This document shows, piece by piece, positions 11,554 to 20,799 of a stretch of 64,000 nucleotides of DNA. The notes beneath the pieces are model-generated. The model had not been told where the DNA came from. It searched no databases and saw only the letters and a program-made list of their open reading frames with translations. This stretch comes from Candidatus Marinacidobacterales bacterium (GTDB lineage: Bacteria; Acidobacteriota; Vicinamibacteria; Marinacidobacterales; SMYC01). Position 1 is the first letter of the stretch, and each line of letters begins with the position of its first letter. Position numbers and translations under genes: made by a program. The stretch lies in NCBI GenBank assembly GCA_965262245.1, contig OZ253507.1:2268690-2332689 (forward strand), read 5' to 3'.

Positions 11554-11730
11554 GCACAATGTCGATGTGCATGGTTACTATATACTCTATTAAAGATTAT
11601 ATTACAAGAGTTATATGCGTTATTACATGGCTACAAAATGCAGGCGGAGTTCGTATCTCTATCGTTGTAACTCCTTGCAACTAAGGGTGCTTCACCGAAG
11701 AAAGAGAGGTTTTACCGAGGGGAACTTCAG
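11554..11730. mobile_element. Solo left-end fragment of the IS1634-like element
   Basis: 177 bp ~98% identical (2 differences) to 50475..50650, in the same orientation. It contains the IS terminus, the 5' UTR and the first 6 codons of the transposase (MHIDIV). No transposase body follows. Confidence 0.85.
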
Positions 11731-11745
11731 GCTAGAAGTTTCTTT

Positions 11746-12550
11746 TTGACAACTGATGGGAGGTTTCTCATGACCAGGTCGATGTTGGTGATCGGGATGG
11801 CGTTGGCGCTCGTGTCCCCCGCGCTCGCGCAGGACGGTCCGGCGCAGTTTCAGCAAATGGTTCACTTCACCGTCAAGCCCGGGATGGAGGACCAGTTCGA
11901 AGCGATCGTCAAGCAGTACGTCGAGGCCGCGGACAAGACAGGCGCGCCGAATCGCTGGAACGTGTTTCATCAGGGCCCCGGCGGCTCTCCGAACCATTAC
12001 CACCTCGTGACGAGCTTCAACGAGTTTTCGGAGCGAGATGCGTGGACAGGCCCTGGCGAGATGTTCATCGAGGCGCACGGTGAAGAGGAGTTCGCCGCCG
12101 CCAATCGCCGGTGGGCCGCAGCCGTTACGAACGTCCACATCACGCTCTCCACCCACCAGCCGGATCTGAGCACGAAGAAAGACCGCCGGAGGCATCCGGA
12201 ACCACTACCTCGCCACGAACACCGAGATCAGACCGGACAAACTCCAGGAGTACCGCTGGGCGATCGGGAAAATCCGCGAAGCTCAGGACAAGGCGACGGG
12301 GTCCCCCGCGGTGGTCGGGCGGCGAATCTCAGAGGGCAACCGCTGGGTGTTCCGGTCCATCACGGGGTTCGACAACGGCGCGGACCGCGACGGCTGGACT
12401 CCGTTCGGCGAGTTCATGTCCATCTACACGGACGAAGAGCGCGATCAGATCATGGACACGCTTCGCAGCACCATCGTCAGCAGCCGGTGGTACGAAGTAA
12501 CCCGCCGACCCGACCTCAGCCACACCGGTCCGGCCGGCTCGACGAACTAG
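11746..12550 (+). pseudogene. Secreted protein with two tandem homologous domains; frameshift between the domains
   Basis: RBS GGAGG before ATG 11770 and a signal peptide (MTRSMLVIGMALALVSPALA). Domain 1 is in the frame of ORF 11746..12576 (...NRWNVF..NEFSERDAWTGPGEMFIEAHGEEEF). Domain 2 (NRWVFRSITGFDNGADRDGWTPFGEFMSIYTDEERDQ) is in the frame of ORF 12311..12550. The switch is at AAGAAAGACC (about 12175..12185). The stop TAG 12548..12550 lies in the CTAG target duplication of the adjacent IS. Confidence 0.5.
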
Positions 12551-14241
12551 CTAGTTCCTGTCCAGAAACACCATAACTTGTGGTGTGCGAGAGACCTATC
12601 GAAGATGTGGGTATTATACGTTTTCGGAAGGGGCTTCGTGGGGTTGAGAGCGAATGAAAATCTTGGACGAAACGAGAGGCGAATTGTTAGCAATCCATGG
12701 CTATAAGGGGCGGAAGAGTAATAGTTGTTATCGTAATAGGTGTCTTGCCATCATCAGTAGGTTGCAGGTGATGATGGAACTCCATACGTACGATTTAAAA
12801 GAAGGCAATGAGCGCCATGTGCATCGGTCGAGGCCAAAGACTCGTTTCAAGAACGAAATGACGCCTTCGATTCCGCAGCGAAATCGCCGCAGGCGTTGAT
12901 AGACCCAGGAACTCTTGACCATATCGGTCACCGCGAAATGAGCCTTGGTAAAGGCAACATCTTCAACTCCCTTGCCTTTGATGGCTTCCAAGTTTGCCTT
13001 TGAAGAAAACGCGCCATCGTAGGCAACCTGGCGCGGGGCCCGTTCGTAGAGTTCGACTTGACGGTCGATCATGGTTTCCGCGAGAGTTGAATCGGACGGA
13101 TTTCCATCTAAGATCACGCAATCCAAAATCATCGAGGACGAGCCACCAGTCATACACACCTTGTGGCCGTAGAGAGTCTCGCGCCGGTCTTTGCGAATAA
13201 TGTCGGTGTGTTCTTCGAAGATAGAAACGACCTTCTCCTCCGCAGGCACACGCTCTTCGTCGATCACTCGGCGTTGGGTTTGGTTGATGACTTTCTTGGT
13301 GAGGACGAGAAAGTGCTCAAAATCCGCGGCGATCCTCTCCGCGCTCGCTCGCTTCACCGGCTCGGTCAAGCCCGACTCTTCCAACTGTGCTGCAACGCGT
13401 TGAGCGGAGCGATAGGTTTCTTCCGTCACCTTCAGTAGATCTCGATAGACGCGACGCCTTTGTTGCTTATCCTTCGCGTTCAGAACTCCCAGTCGACGTC
13501 TCTTCGCTCGACGCGTTCGATTGCCGAAGACCACTACTGTACCCAGCAGTTCGCGAGCTCGGCACATCACGCGAGTGAGAACCCGAACACAGTCATAAAG
13601 AAGCTCGGAGTCTGTAGGCGGATGAATGTTTGATTCCACTACCGTGCAGTCCACTCGTACTTTTCTTCCCTTTTCGATCCCAGCATCCTCGGCAACGCTC
13701 ACCAGCTCTCGGTTGATCTGCTCCAGCGTTTCGAACTTCACGGCTTTGATGTTTGCTGCTAGGGTCGACTTCGACGGGGTCGGCTCTATGATGCCGAGCT
13801 GGCAAAACGTCCGATAGCTTCGAGAGTCTGCCAAGTGAAACGCCAGCTCCCGATAGGTGAACTGATTCAGCTGCTTCACCAACAACGCCCGGAGAACCTG
13901 CTCCGCGCTCATTCCCCCACGACCAACATCGCTCCCTGCCGGTGGGGTGACCGACCTTAGGTCTTGCAGTACCAGCTCATTGAGCTTAGGATGGGCATCG
14001 AGTAGCGACGAGATCGTTTCGAGCTCGCGTGCGTGCTCCAGCTCCAGCCAGGGCTCACGTAGATTTGGCTGTGGGTTGATCGTTTTTCGCATTTAGGGCT
14101 GGTCTCCTTTGGAGTTAAGTCATTTAGAATCGGATGTTTTCAACGACACGATCCTAATCGACACCCCCTCAGAAGACTAGCCCTAAATTTGCGATTTCTC
14201 CTTTTTTCTCAATCCCTTACAGGCTTCAGGACGGGTACTAG
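12551..14241. mobile_element. IS5/IS1182-family-like insertion sequence (1,691 bp) with imperfect terminal IRs and a 4-bp CTAG target-site duplication
   Basis: Left IR CTAGTTCCTGTCCAGAAAC... at 12551; right IR (reverse complement) CTAGTACCCGTCCTGAAGC... ending at 14241. CTAG is present at 12547..12550 and again at 14242..14245. AT-rich ends flank a single DDE transposase ORF. Confidence 0.7.
12728..14092 (-). CDS. DDE transposase (IS5/IS1182-like)
   Basis: 454-aa ORF filling the IS. Typical N-terminal HTH region and a DDE-type C-terminal domain (YDGAFSS...). The family assignment is inferred from overall similarity. Confidence 0.75.
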   Translation of the reverse strand: MRKTINPQPNLREPWLELEHARELETISSLLDAHPKLNELVLQDLRSVTPPAGSDVGRGGMSAEQVLRALLVKQLNQFTYRELAFHLADSRSYRTFCQLGIIEPTPSKSTLAANIKAVKFETLEQINRELVSVAEDAGIEKGRKVRVDCTVVESNIHPPTDSELLYDCVRVLTRVMCRARELLGTVVVFGNRTRRAKRRRLGVLNAKDKQQRRRVYRDLLKVTEETYRSAQRVAAQLEESGLTEPVKRASAERIAADFEHFLVLTKKVINQTQRRVIDEERVPAEEKVVSIFEEHTDIIRKDRRETLYGHKVCMTGGSSSMILDCVILDGNPSDSTLAETMIDRQVELYERAPRQVAYDGAFSSKANLEAIKGKGVEDVAFTKAHFAVTDMVKSSWVYQRLRRFRCGIEGVISFLKRVFGLDRCTWRSLPSFKSYVWSSIITCNLLMMARHLLR

Positions 14242-14405
14242 CTAGATCACCTCGGCATGCCGCTTCCCGGTTCGGGCATCGGCTGTCCGTTCTTGTTGAC
14301 GTAGACGCTCTCCCACGGGCCGGTCGCGCGCACTTGGAGCGCGACCGGCTCCGTGGTCCACTCGTATGGCTGACAGCGTCGGGGTTCACGGACAACGTGC
14401 CGGCG

Positions 14406-14990
14406 TCAGCTCGATGCTCTCGCTCGGCCTGACGGCGTTGTCGTAGCCGCTCTGTTGATTGGACAGGTAGCCGTTTCTATCCGGGAAGGCCAACCGTGGG
14501 AGCCAGATTGAGCAAGATTTTGGTATCGAGGTAGGCATTTAGAATTTCCCTTGCGGGCGAGAGCGAACGCCGTATCGCGCTTGAGCGCCCACGAGCTCGA
14601 GCCATCGAAGACTTCACGAAACAGATCGTCGTTCGCGTCTTCGCCGCGGCGGCGCGCGAGAAGCTCGGCGCGCTGTGCGCGTGCACGCTCGACACGTACC
14701 GAATCCGGCCAACGGTCGAGCAGAATGGCATAGGCCTCGAGCGCTTCTTCGACGCGTTCGAGCTCCGCGAGGCAATAGCCGACGTAATACTGAGCGTCGT
14801 CGGCTTCCTCGCTCGCGCGGAAATCGCTCACGACGCGTCGGAACTGTGCGAGCGCCTCTTCGAAGCGTTCGTCGATCAAGTGCTCGCGTCCTTCGAGGTA
14901 GAGCTCCCGAGCCGATTCCTGGGCGTCGCTCGAGCAATAGCTGCCGAGCGTCAAGATGAGCAAGAACGAAAAGACCACGTGCTGCTTCAT
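14406..14990 (-). CDS. Secreted TPR-like protein (YbgF/BamD-like fold); C-terminus probably disrupted
   Basis: Signal peptide MKQHVVFSFLLILTLGSYCSS, then TPR-like pairs (ELYLEGREHLIDERFEEALAQFRRVV..., AQYYVGYCLAELERVEEALEAYAILLDRWPDS). The last ~60 aa of the ORF do not look protein-like. Confidence 0.4.
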   Translation of the reverse strand: MKQHVVFSFLLILTLGSYCSSDAQESARELYLEGREHLIDERFEEALAQFRRVVSDFRASEEADDAQYYVGYCLAELERVEEALEAYAILLDRWPDSVRVERARAQRAELLARRRGEDANDDLFREVFDGSSSWALKRDTAFALARKGNSKCLPRYQNLAQSGSHGWPSRIETATCPINRAATTTPSGRARASS

Positions 14991-14991
14991 T

Positions 14992-15864
14992 TCAGAATAC
15001 CTTTCTCGTTCCGCGCTCTTCGCGGCCGATCCAGCCAGATGCTTCGAGGGCTAGAGATACTTTTCCGTTCAAATCAATGGCGGCGAGCTGAGCCGGGAGC
15101 CGGCTCCCTTCGAGGCTCGCTTGAAACACGCCGACGCCCGTCCCGCTCGTCGAGCTCTCGACGGCAGCGAGCTCTTCGAGAAAGAGCTCGGCGCGCCGAA
15201 TGGTTCGAAGGAGGTCCCGGTCTTTGTCAGCATCGAGTGCGGTCTCGAGGAGTCTTCCGTCTCTCAAGAGCTCGCTTGCGCGCTCGCGGGTGAGGAACAG
15301 ATCTTCGGTGCTCACGACATCGACGGAAAGCTCCATCACGCCGACGAGAAGATCTTGGAGACCGTCGACGTAGCGCACACCGACGTCGGACAGAAGCTCG
15401 GCGCGCTCGAGCGCCAAGAGTGCTTCAGGTGAGATGTCGAGATTTTCGACCGCGGCGATCTCCGTGAGTCCGGCGCTCGGCGGTGTGTCGAGCCGGCCGA
15501 TGCCGATCACGAGAACCGCGGCCATCGCCACGAGCTCGTAAGCGCGGTGGGCTCGCGCCGGACTTTCGGCCGGGGCCGGGGGCTCGAGCCGCCGTTTCAG
15601 AGCGATCCACGCTTTTTCGGAGCGCTCGCCGTCGGCATTTTCAGCGGGCTCGGACCACCGATCTCCGTAGGGAAGCAGTGCCTCGGAAACGTTGCTGAGA
15701 GCGGCAAAGGCGACTTGCGCGTCGTCGAGCGCCTCGCGACAGCCGCGGCAGTGTTCGACATGTTCTCGAAGTGCGGCCTCAGCCGCTCGGTCGAGCTCGC
15801 CGAAAAGTAAGGATTCGAGCTGCGCTTCTCGATCTGTACAGGCTGTACAGGCTGCTGGATTCAT
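14992..15864 (-). CDS. Anti-sigma factor (zinc-finger, HxxxCxxC type)
   Basis: N-terminal LREHVEHCRGCREALDD is a ZAS-like zinc-binding motif. The gene lies immediately downstream of an ECF sigma gene; the C-terminal region is predicted helical. Confidence 0.5.
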   Translation of the reverse strand: MNPAACTACTDREAQLESLLFGELDRAAEAALREHVEHCRGCREALDDAQVAFAALSNVSEALLPYGDRWSEPAENADGERSEKAWIALKRRLEPPAPAESPARAHRAYELVAMAAVLVIGIGRLDTPPSAGLTEIAAVENLDISPEALLALERAELLSDVGVRYVDGLQDLLVGVMELSVDVVSTEDLFLTRERASELLRDGRLLETALDADKDRDLLRTIRRAELFLEELAAVESSTSGTGVGVFQASLEGSRLPAQLAAIDLNGKVSLALEASGWIGREERGTRKVF

Positions 15865-16426
15865 CGTCTGACTCCCTTTCGGGCTTTCAAGAAAACTCCG
15901 AGCTTTCGAATACCGCGAAAGACTTGCGTGCGTGCAGTGACCTCGTTGCAGCCGAGGGTTTCGGCAATGACGCGCATCGGAGCTCGTCGAAAAACCGCAT
16001 CGTCACGGCCGCGCGCTGGCCTTCGGGCAGACGCTCGAGGGCTGCTTTCACTGCTGCGGCGCTCTCCGCGCGCAGCAAGCTCGTTTCCGCTTCGGCAGGC
16101 GCGACGTCGATCGGCCTCTGCTCTTCGTCGATGCGGGCTCGCCGGCTCACTTTGCGCCTGTCCTCGATTGCGCGGTTGACGGCAATGCGGCAGAGCCAAG
16201 GATAGAAGCGCTCGGGCTCCCTCAGCCGAGGTAGCTCCTTCAGCGCGGCTACGTAAGCGTCCTGTACCATGTCTTCTGCCAAAATCCTGTCTCTGACGAC
16301 TCCAAAAACGACGTGCACCACGCGATGGTAATAGCGGCGGTGAAGCTCGCCAAAGCTATCCAAATCTCCGGAAAGCGTTCTTTCGACGAGCTTTACGTCT
16401 GCGTGTGCTTCAGCGAGCTCGGGCAT
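15861..16426 (-). pseudogene. ECF sigma factor with a -1 frameshift before region 4
   Basis: Region 2 (DMVQDAYVAALKELPRLREPERFYPWLCRIAVNRAIE) and LPEGQRAAVTMRFFDEL are in the frame of ORF 15887..16426. The region-4 HTH (MRVIAETLGCNEVTARTQVFRGIRKL) is in the frame of ORF 15861..16199. The shift is near 15975..15982. Confidence 0.6.
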
Positions 16427-16492
16427 GTTCGTAGATAGGGCGGTCCTGGGGCCGCTAACGTTGCACGAAAAAAGCGTGCTACCGAAAAAGAG

Positions 16493-17263
16493 TCAACTAT
16501 TCAAGCGCGCCCAGAGCGCTTCACAGGCCTCGACCGCGCGGAGCGGAAGCCGCACGTCGACTTCTCCCGAAAGCAATGTGACGCCCGGGTTGATTTCCAC
16601 CGTGGGCTTGCCATTGTGCTTCGCTTCGAGGACAGGGCGGGCGATATATGGAAAGGCGCTCGTCGTCCCGATCGAAAACACAACGTCGAAGCCCTTCTCG
16701 AGCTCCGTGTGCATGAGCTCGACTTTATGAAAGGGAAGAAGCTCTCCGAAGAGCACGACGTCGGGACGCAGATGCGTGCTGCATTCCGGGCAGGAGGGAA
16801 GCGGCGAGAGTACACTGTAGTCGTCCACCGTGGTCTGATAATCGCACGCCGTGCAGGAAAGGCTATGGATGTCGCCGTGGATATCAATGACGTTGCGAGA
16901 GCCGGCTTTCCGATGGAAGCCGTCGACGTTTTGCGTCAGGACCCAAGCGCGTTCGTAGCGATGCTCTGCCTCGGCGAGCATCTCGTGGGCTCGATTGAAG
17001 CTGGCGCCGCGACACGCGGCTTCGATCTGATGGATGTGCTTCCACGTGAGCGCGGGCTTCGTCTCCATCATCGTGCCCGAGAGCGCTTCTTCGATGGTGA
17101 TGCCTTCGGGCGTATCGACGTCTTCGTAGAGACCGCCAATGCCGCGATAAGTAGGGAGACCGGAATCGGCCGAGATCCCGGCCCCGGTGATGAAGAGAAC
17201 GCTCTTAGCGTCTCTCAGATAAGAAACGACTCTATCGAGCTCGTGTTCGAGGCTCGCCACCAT
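16493..17263 (-). CDS. cobB: NAD-dependent protein deacylase, Sir2 family (CobB-like)
   Basis: [15 protein letters not shown] Rossmann motif, QNVDGFH, and a Zn ribbon (CxxC...CxxC: SCTACDY...CPECS), across 256 aa. Confidence 0.85.
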   Translation of the reverse strand: MVASLEHELDRVVSYLRDAKSVLFITGAGISADSGLPTYRGIGGLYEDVDTPEGITIEEALSGTMMETKPALTWKHIHQIEAACRGASFNRAHEMLAEAEHRYERAWVLTQNVDGFHRKAGSRNVIDIHGDIHSLSCTACDYQTTVDDYSVLSPLPSCPECSTHLRPDVVLFGELLPFHKVELMHTELEKGFDVVFSIGTTSAFPYIARPVLEAKHNGKPTVEINPGVTLLSGEVDVRLPLRAVEACEALWARLNS

Positions 17264-17290
17264 ACTCGGGATTATCCTACAATCCGCTCT

Positions 17291-17820
17291 GTGGGTGTTC
17301 TGCTACTCGAAGAAGTCGACGAAGCGAAGCTCGGGAAGCTGCTCTTGCGCTACGGCTTGTCGCTGAACCACGTTCCCGCCGGCCGCGCGATACCTGGAAG
17401 TTATTGGGGCGATAGCGAAGCGGGTCTCGTCGAAGATCAGCTCTATGCTCGGCCCGACACGCCGATCCACTCCGTGCTGCATGAAGCGTCGCATTTCGTG
17501 TGCATGAACCCATCCCGCCGCGCCTGTCTCGAGCGCGACGCGGGCGGCGACGACGTTGAAGAGAGCGCGGTTTGTTATCTCCAGGTGCTCTTGTCCGATC
17601 ACATTTCGCAGATGGGCCGCGATCGAATGTTTCGCGACATGGATAGCTGGGCTACAGTTTTCGTTTGGGCTCGACGAAGAGCTGGTTCGACGAGGATGCC
17701 GAGGACGCGCTATCTTGGCTTCGAGCCGAAGGATTGGTGGATGAGAAGGAGGCCGCTCTTTGGGTCGGGGCAAGAATAAACTACCAAGTCTTTGTCGTAA
17801 TTCATCTGCTGCAGGGATAA
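17291..17820 (+). pseudogene. Small hypothetical protein with HExxH motif (HEASH); frameshift near 17645..17670
   Basis: The N-terminal part is in the frame of ORF 16616..17779 (...IHSVLHEASHFVCM...). A clearly protein-like C-terminus (STKSWFDEDAEDALSWLRAEGLVDEKEAALWVGARINYQVFVVIHLLQG) is in a different frame and ends at 17820. GTG start. Confidence 0.3.
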
Positions 17821-17920
17821 CGATCCGAGCCGGCGGGAAGCGGATCGCCTGGCGGGACCGCGTCAAATGGAGCTATTTGCAGCTCTTTGAGAGCTTGCCC
17901 ATGGAGACGTAGGCCATTGT

Positions 17921-18724
17921 GTGTTATGGTTACGAATTATGATTCGTAACTCTGATATTGACCGCCTGCGGGGGTTGTTTGCCAAACGTCTCATCGCCAC
18001 CATGGACATGCTCAAGAAGACAGTGGGGACTGTCGCTGACCTGACGGTGTTCCGGAAACTGAGAGAGCTCGACTACTGCACCAGCTATTCGCACCGTGGA
18101 CGTTTCTACACGCTCCGAGAGCTCGCGGAGTTTGATGAGAACGGCTTGTGGTGGATTCGGTCCGTCGGCTTTTCAAGTCGAGGGACACTCGTCGCCACGG
18201 CCGAAGGACTGGTGAACGCCTCCGAGGCTGGCTACGCGGTGGAGGAGCTTGATGCCATTGTTAGGGTTGGGACCAAAGATGTGCTGCCGAAATTGGCCTG
18301 GGAGAAAAGACTTCGCCGCACTCGGATTAGAAATCGCAATGTCTACTTCTCTCCGAAGAGGAGCATTCGTGAACAGCAAATAGCCAGCCGACGTGTTTGG
18401 GAAGCGCAACCCTCTGTGTCCAAGAGTATTGCTGCTCAAGACGTCCTACCCGATGAGCTCAAAGCAGCCATCATCCTTTTCTTTAGCCTGCTCGATGAGA
18501 GAGAAAGGCGTGTGTATGCGGGGCTTGAATCTCTCAAGTTAGGTTATGGCGGTGACCGCCAGATGGCGGAGATCCTCGGGCTCGACGTTAGCACTGTGGC
18601 TCGGGGCCGTCGCGAGCTACTTGAGCATGATGTGAATGTGGAGCGGGTCCGAAAAGCGGGTGCCGGCCGCAAAGCTGTCGAAAAAAAACGCCAGAAGTCA
18701 TCGCGGCGATCGAAGAACTTATGA
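17921..18724 (+). CDS. ISAzo13-like transposase OrfA (HTH part); GTG 17921 or ATG 17939 start
   Basis: The C-terminal part matches ISAzo13-family N-terminal HTH regions. It ends just after an A8 run (18681..18688) where the frame of OrfB takes over. Confidence 0.65.
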   Translation: MLWLRIMIRNSDIDRLRGLFAKRLIATMDMLKKTVGTVADLTVFRKLRELDYCTSYSHRGRFYTLRELAEFDENGLWWIRSVGFSSRGTLVATAEGLVNASEAGYAVEELDAIVRVGTKDVLPKLAWEKRLRRTRIRNRNVYFSPKRSIREQQIASRRVWEAQPSVSKSIAAQDVLPDELKAAIILFFSLLDERERRVYAGLESLKLGYGGDRQMAEILGLDVSTVARGRRELLEHDVNVERVRKAGAGRKAVEKKRQKSSRRSKNL

Positions 18725-19662
18725 AGTACGAGGTCGCTGGCGATCCCGTCAGCGGTCTGAGATGGACTCGCAAGACCACGAAAAAAATAGCTGCCGAACT
18801 CTCGGCCTTGGGCATTCGCGTCAGTCGCAAAACCGTCGCGAAGCTGCTTAAACAGATGAACTTCTCACTCCGGACCAACAAAAAGAAGATCTCGAATGGC
18901 TCTCCTCCAACTCGCGACGCCCAGTTCGCCAACATCACACAGCTACGGGAGCGCTTTAGCCGACGTGGCAATCCCATATTGAGTGTCGACACCAAGAAGA
19001 AAGAGTTGGTCGGACGCTTCAAGAACCCAGGACGCGTCTGGGCTCAAAAGAGCGATGCCGTCAACGACCACGACTTTCGCTCCATGGCAGATGGGGTCGC
19101 AATCCCATACGGCATCTATGATCTCCAGAGTAATCGAGGCACCGTGTATGTCGGAACGTCTTACGACACGTCGCAATTCGCAGTCGAATGCATCGAGAAG
19201 TGGTGGCGCTCTGAAGGTCAGAAGCGTTTTCCCGGCCGCAAACATTTACTTGTCGTAGCTGACACTGGCGGAAGCAACGGCGCAACCCGCCGTGCATGGA
19301 AACACGGCATCCAGCACAAGCTGTGCAACGAGCACGGTTTGGACGTCACGGTCGCACACTATCCACCAGGTGCGTCCAAGTGGAACCCAATCGAGCACCG
19401 CCTGTTCAGCGAGATTAGCAAGAATTGGGCGGGCTGGCCGCTCGATAGCTACGAAACCATCCTGAACTTCATACGGACCACCAAGACCAAAACGGGGCTC
19501 AAGGTTAACGCCCGTCTCGTCAAGAAGCAGTATCCTAAGGGCATCAAAATCTCGGACCCTGCGATGGCGCTACTCAACATCAAAAAATCCTCTTCCCTGC
19601 CGAAGTGGAACTACACGTTGCGTCCATCTAAGAATGGGAAATTATTTCTGCCACGGTCCTAA
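18721..19662 (+). CDS. ISAzo13-like transposase OrfB (DDE catalytic part)
   Basis: The frame continues upstream of its ATG as ...KKTPEVIAAIEELMKYEVAGDPVSGLRW, which matches the usually contiguous ISAzo13 transposase. This implies an OrfAB fusion by -1 frameshift at A_AAA_AAA. Confidence 0.7.
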   Translation: MKYEVAGDPVSGLRWTRKTTKKIAAELSALGIRVSRKTVAKLLKQMNFSLRTNKKKISNGSPPTRDAQFANITQLRERFSRRGNPILSVDTKKKELVGRFKNPGRVWAQKSDAVNDHDFRSMADGVAIPYGIYDLQSNRGTVYVGTSYDTSQFAVECIEKWWRSEGQKRFPGRKHLLVVADTGGSNGATRRAWKHGIQHKLCNEHGLDVTVAHYPPGASKWNPIEHRLFSEISKNWAGWPLDSYETILNFIRTTKTKTGLKVNARLVKKQYPKGIKISDPAMALLNIKKSSSLPKWNYTLRPSKNGKLFLPRS

Positions 19663-19685
19663 AGGCGACGCCGCGCGATTACGAA

Positions 19686-20651
19686 CTAGCTGACCATCGG
19701 AGCTTTGCTGTGGCGCTTCTCTTCCGGGCCCCTTCGATCGGACAAGAAATTGCTGCCTTCGGATTGCTTCAAGTAGCGTTTGATCTCCGCTGCGCGCTCG
19801 GCGAGGATGCGGTGGCTCTCGAACTTCTTCTCGTCGTTGTTGACCGCGGCGATGGTGATTGTCATGAGCGGATAGCGCTTGGGCTCGCCGGAGTGGGATT
19901 CGAGCGTAATACCTTGGTTCTGGCGGTCTTCCTCGGCGTAGAACTGGGCAATGCTCGCGTCGAAGATCGCCATGATGGCATGGCTGAGCTCGGCTTCTCT
20001 GTCCGGAGTCGTCACGAAGACGAAATCGTCGCCTCCGATATGTCCGACGAAATCCTGCTCTCCGCCCATTTTGTTCACGGTTTGCACGATCAACTGAGAC
20101 GTGTGCAACAGCACGCGATCGCCGGCCGCGTAGCCGTAGCGATCGTTATAGGCCTTGAAGTTGTCCAGATCGCAGTAACACACGGAGAAGGTGACGCCGT
20201 TCTCCAGCCGTTCGCGCACGAGTTGCTCGATCACGAGATTGCCCGGGAGCTTCGTGAGCGGATTCACATTCGCTTGCTCTGACGTCCGTCGGATGAGCGT
20301 CTCGACCCGGGCCTTGAGCTCCTCGGGATCGATGGTCTTCATCACGTAGTCGTCGGCGCCCTTGGCGAGGCCCTCGATCTTCCGGCGCACCTGGTCTTCC
20401 ACCGTCAACATAATGATGGGGATGAAGCGCGTAGCGAAATGCTGACGGAGCTCCTGGCAGACGTCCGGTCCCGTCATGTCTCCGAGATGCACATCCATGA
20501 GGATCAGATCGGGAAGCTCGCGCTTGGCTTTCTCCACGGCCACCGCACCGCTCGCCGCGGTGATCACTCTGTAGTCCCATTCCAGCAACAGCTCCCCGGT
20601 GAGCTGCAGACAATCCACGTCGTCATCAACGATCAAGACTTTATCGGCCAT
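19686..20651 (-). CDS. Response regulator with receiver domain and GGDEF-type output (motif GGDDF)
   Basis: REC domain (LIVDDD...DLILMDVHLGDMTG...), then a diguanylate-cyclase-like domain (CYCDLDNFKAYNDRYGYAAGD...VGHIGGDDFVFV). It is an orphan, flanked by IS elements. Confidence 0.8.
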   Translation of the reverse strand: MADKVLIVDDDVDCLQLTGELLLEWDYRVITAASGAVAVEKAKRELPDLILMDVHLGDMTGPDVCQELRQHFATRFIPIIMLTVEDQVRRKIEGLAKGADDYVMKTIDPEELKARVETLIRRTSEQANVNPLTKLPGNLVIEQLVRERLENGVTFSVCYCDLDNFKAYNDRYGYAAGDRVLLHTSQLIVQTVNKMGGEQDFVGHIGGDDFVFVTTPDREAELSHAIMAIFDASIAQFYAEEDRQNQGITLESHSGEPKRYPLMTITIAAVNNDEKKFESHRILAERAAEIKRYLKQSEGSNFLSDRRGPEEKRHSKAPMVS

Positions 20652-20799
20652 TCAGGATCTCCAATCGAACGCCACTAATTATGCAATGACGATGCCAACG
20701 GCCGGACCGCGTGAGGACCGCTAACTGTAACTCGGGAAAAGACTTGATGCAGCGGTGCGAACGCGGGCAGGGCTTTGCGCCCACGTTCGCACCAAAATG

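Larger units (their letters stand above)
17900..19690 (+). mobile_element. ISAzo13-family-like insertion sequence (boundaries approximate)
   Basis: Two overlapping ORFs (17921..18724 and 18721..19662) together give a Rhodopirellula/ISAzo13-type transposase (HTH ...LKLGYGGDRQMAEILGLDVSTVARGRREL; catalytic part ...LVVADTGGSNG...VAHYPPGASKWNPIEHRLF). The ends carry related TTCGTAA-containing motifs (17928..17950 palindrome GGTTACGAATTATGATTCGTAAC; 19674..19689). Exact termini are not resolved. Confidence 0.65.

Noticed and set aside
16493-17263. Sir2 protein as a defence (Thoeris/DSR-like) effector
   Set aside because: It has the canonical CobB architecture with Zn ribbon, no fused sensor or partner genes, and a housekeeping-like context.
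17921-18724. N-terminal ~170 aa of ISAzo13 OrfA as a separate passenger gene
   Set aside because: It is continuous with the HTH region in one ORF. There is no internal start or RBS evidence, so it is treated as a transposase N-terminal extension.
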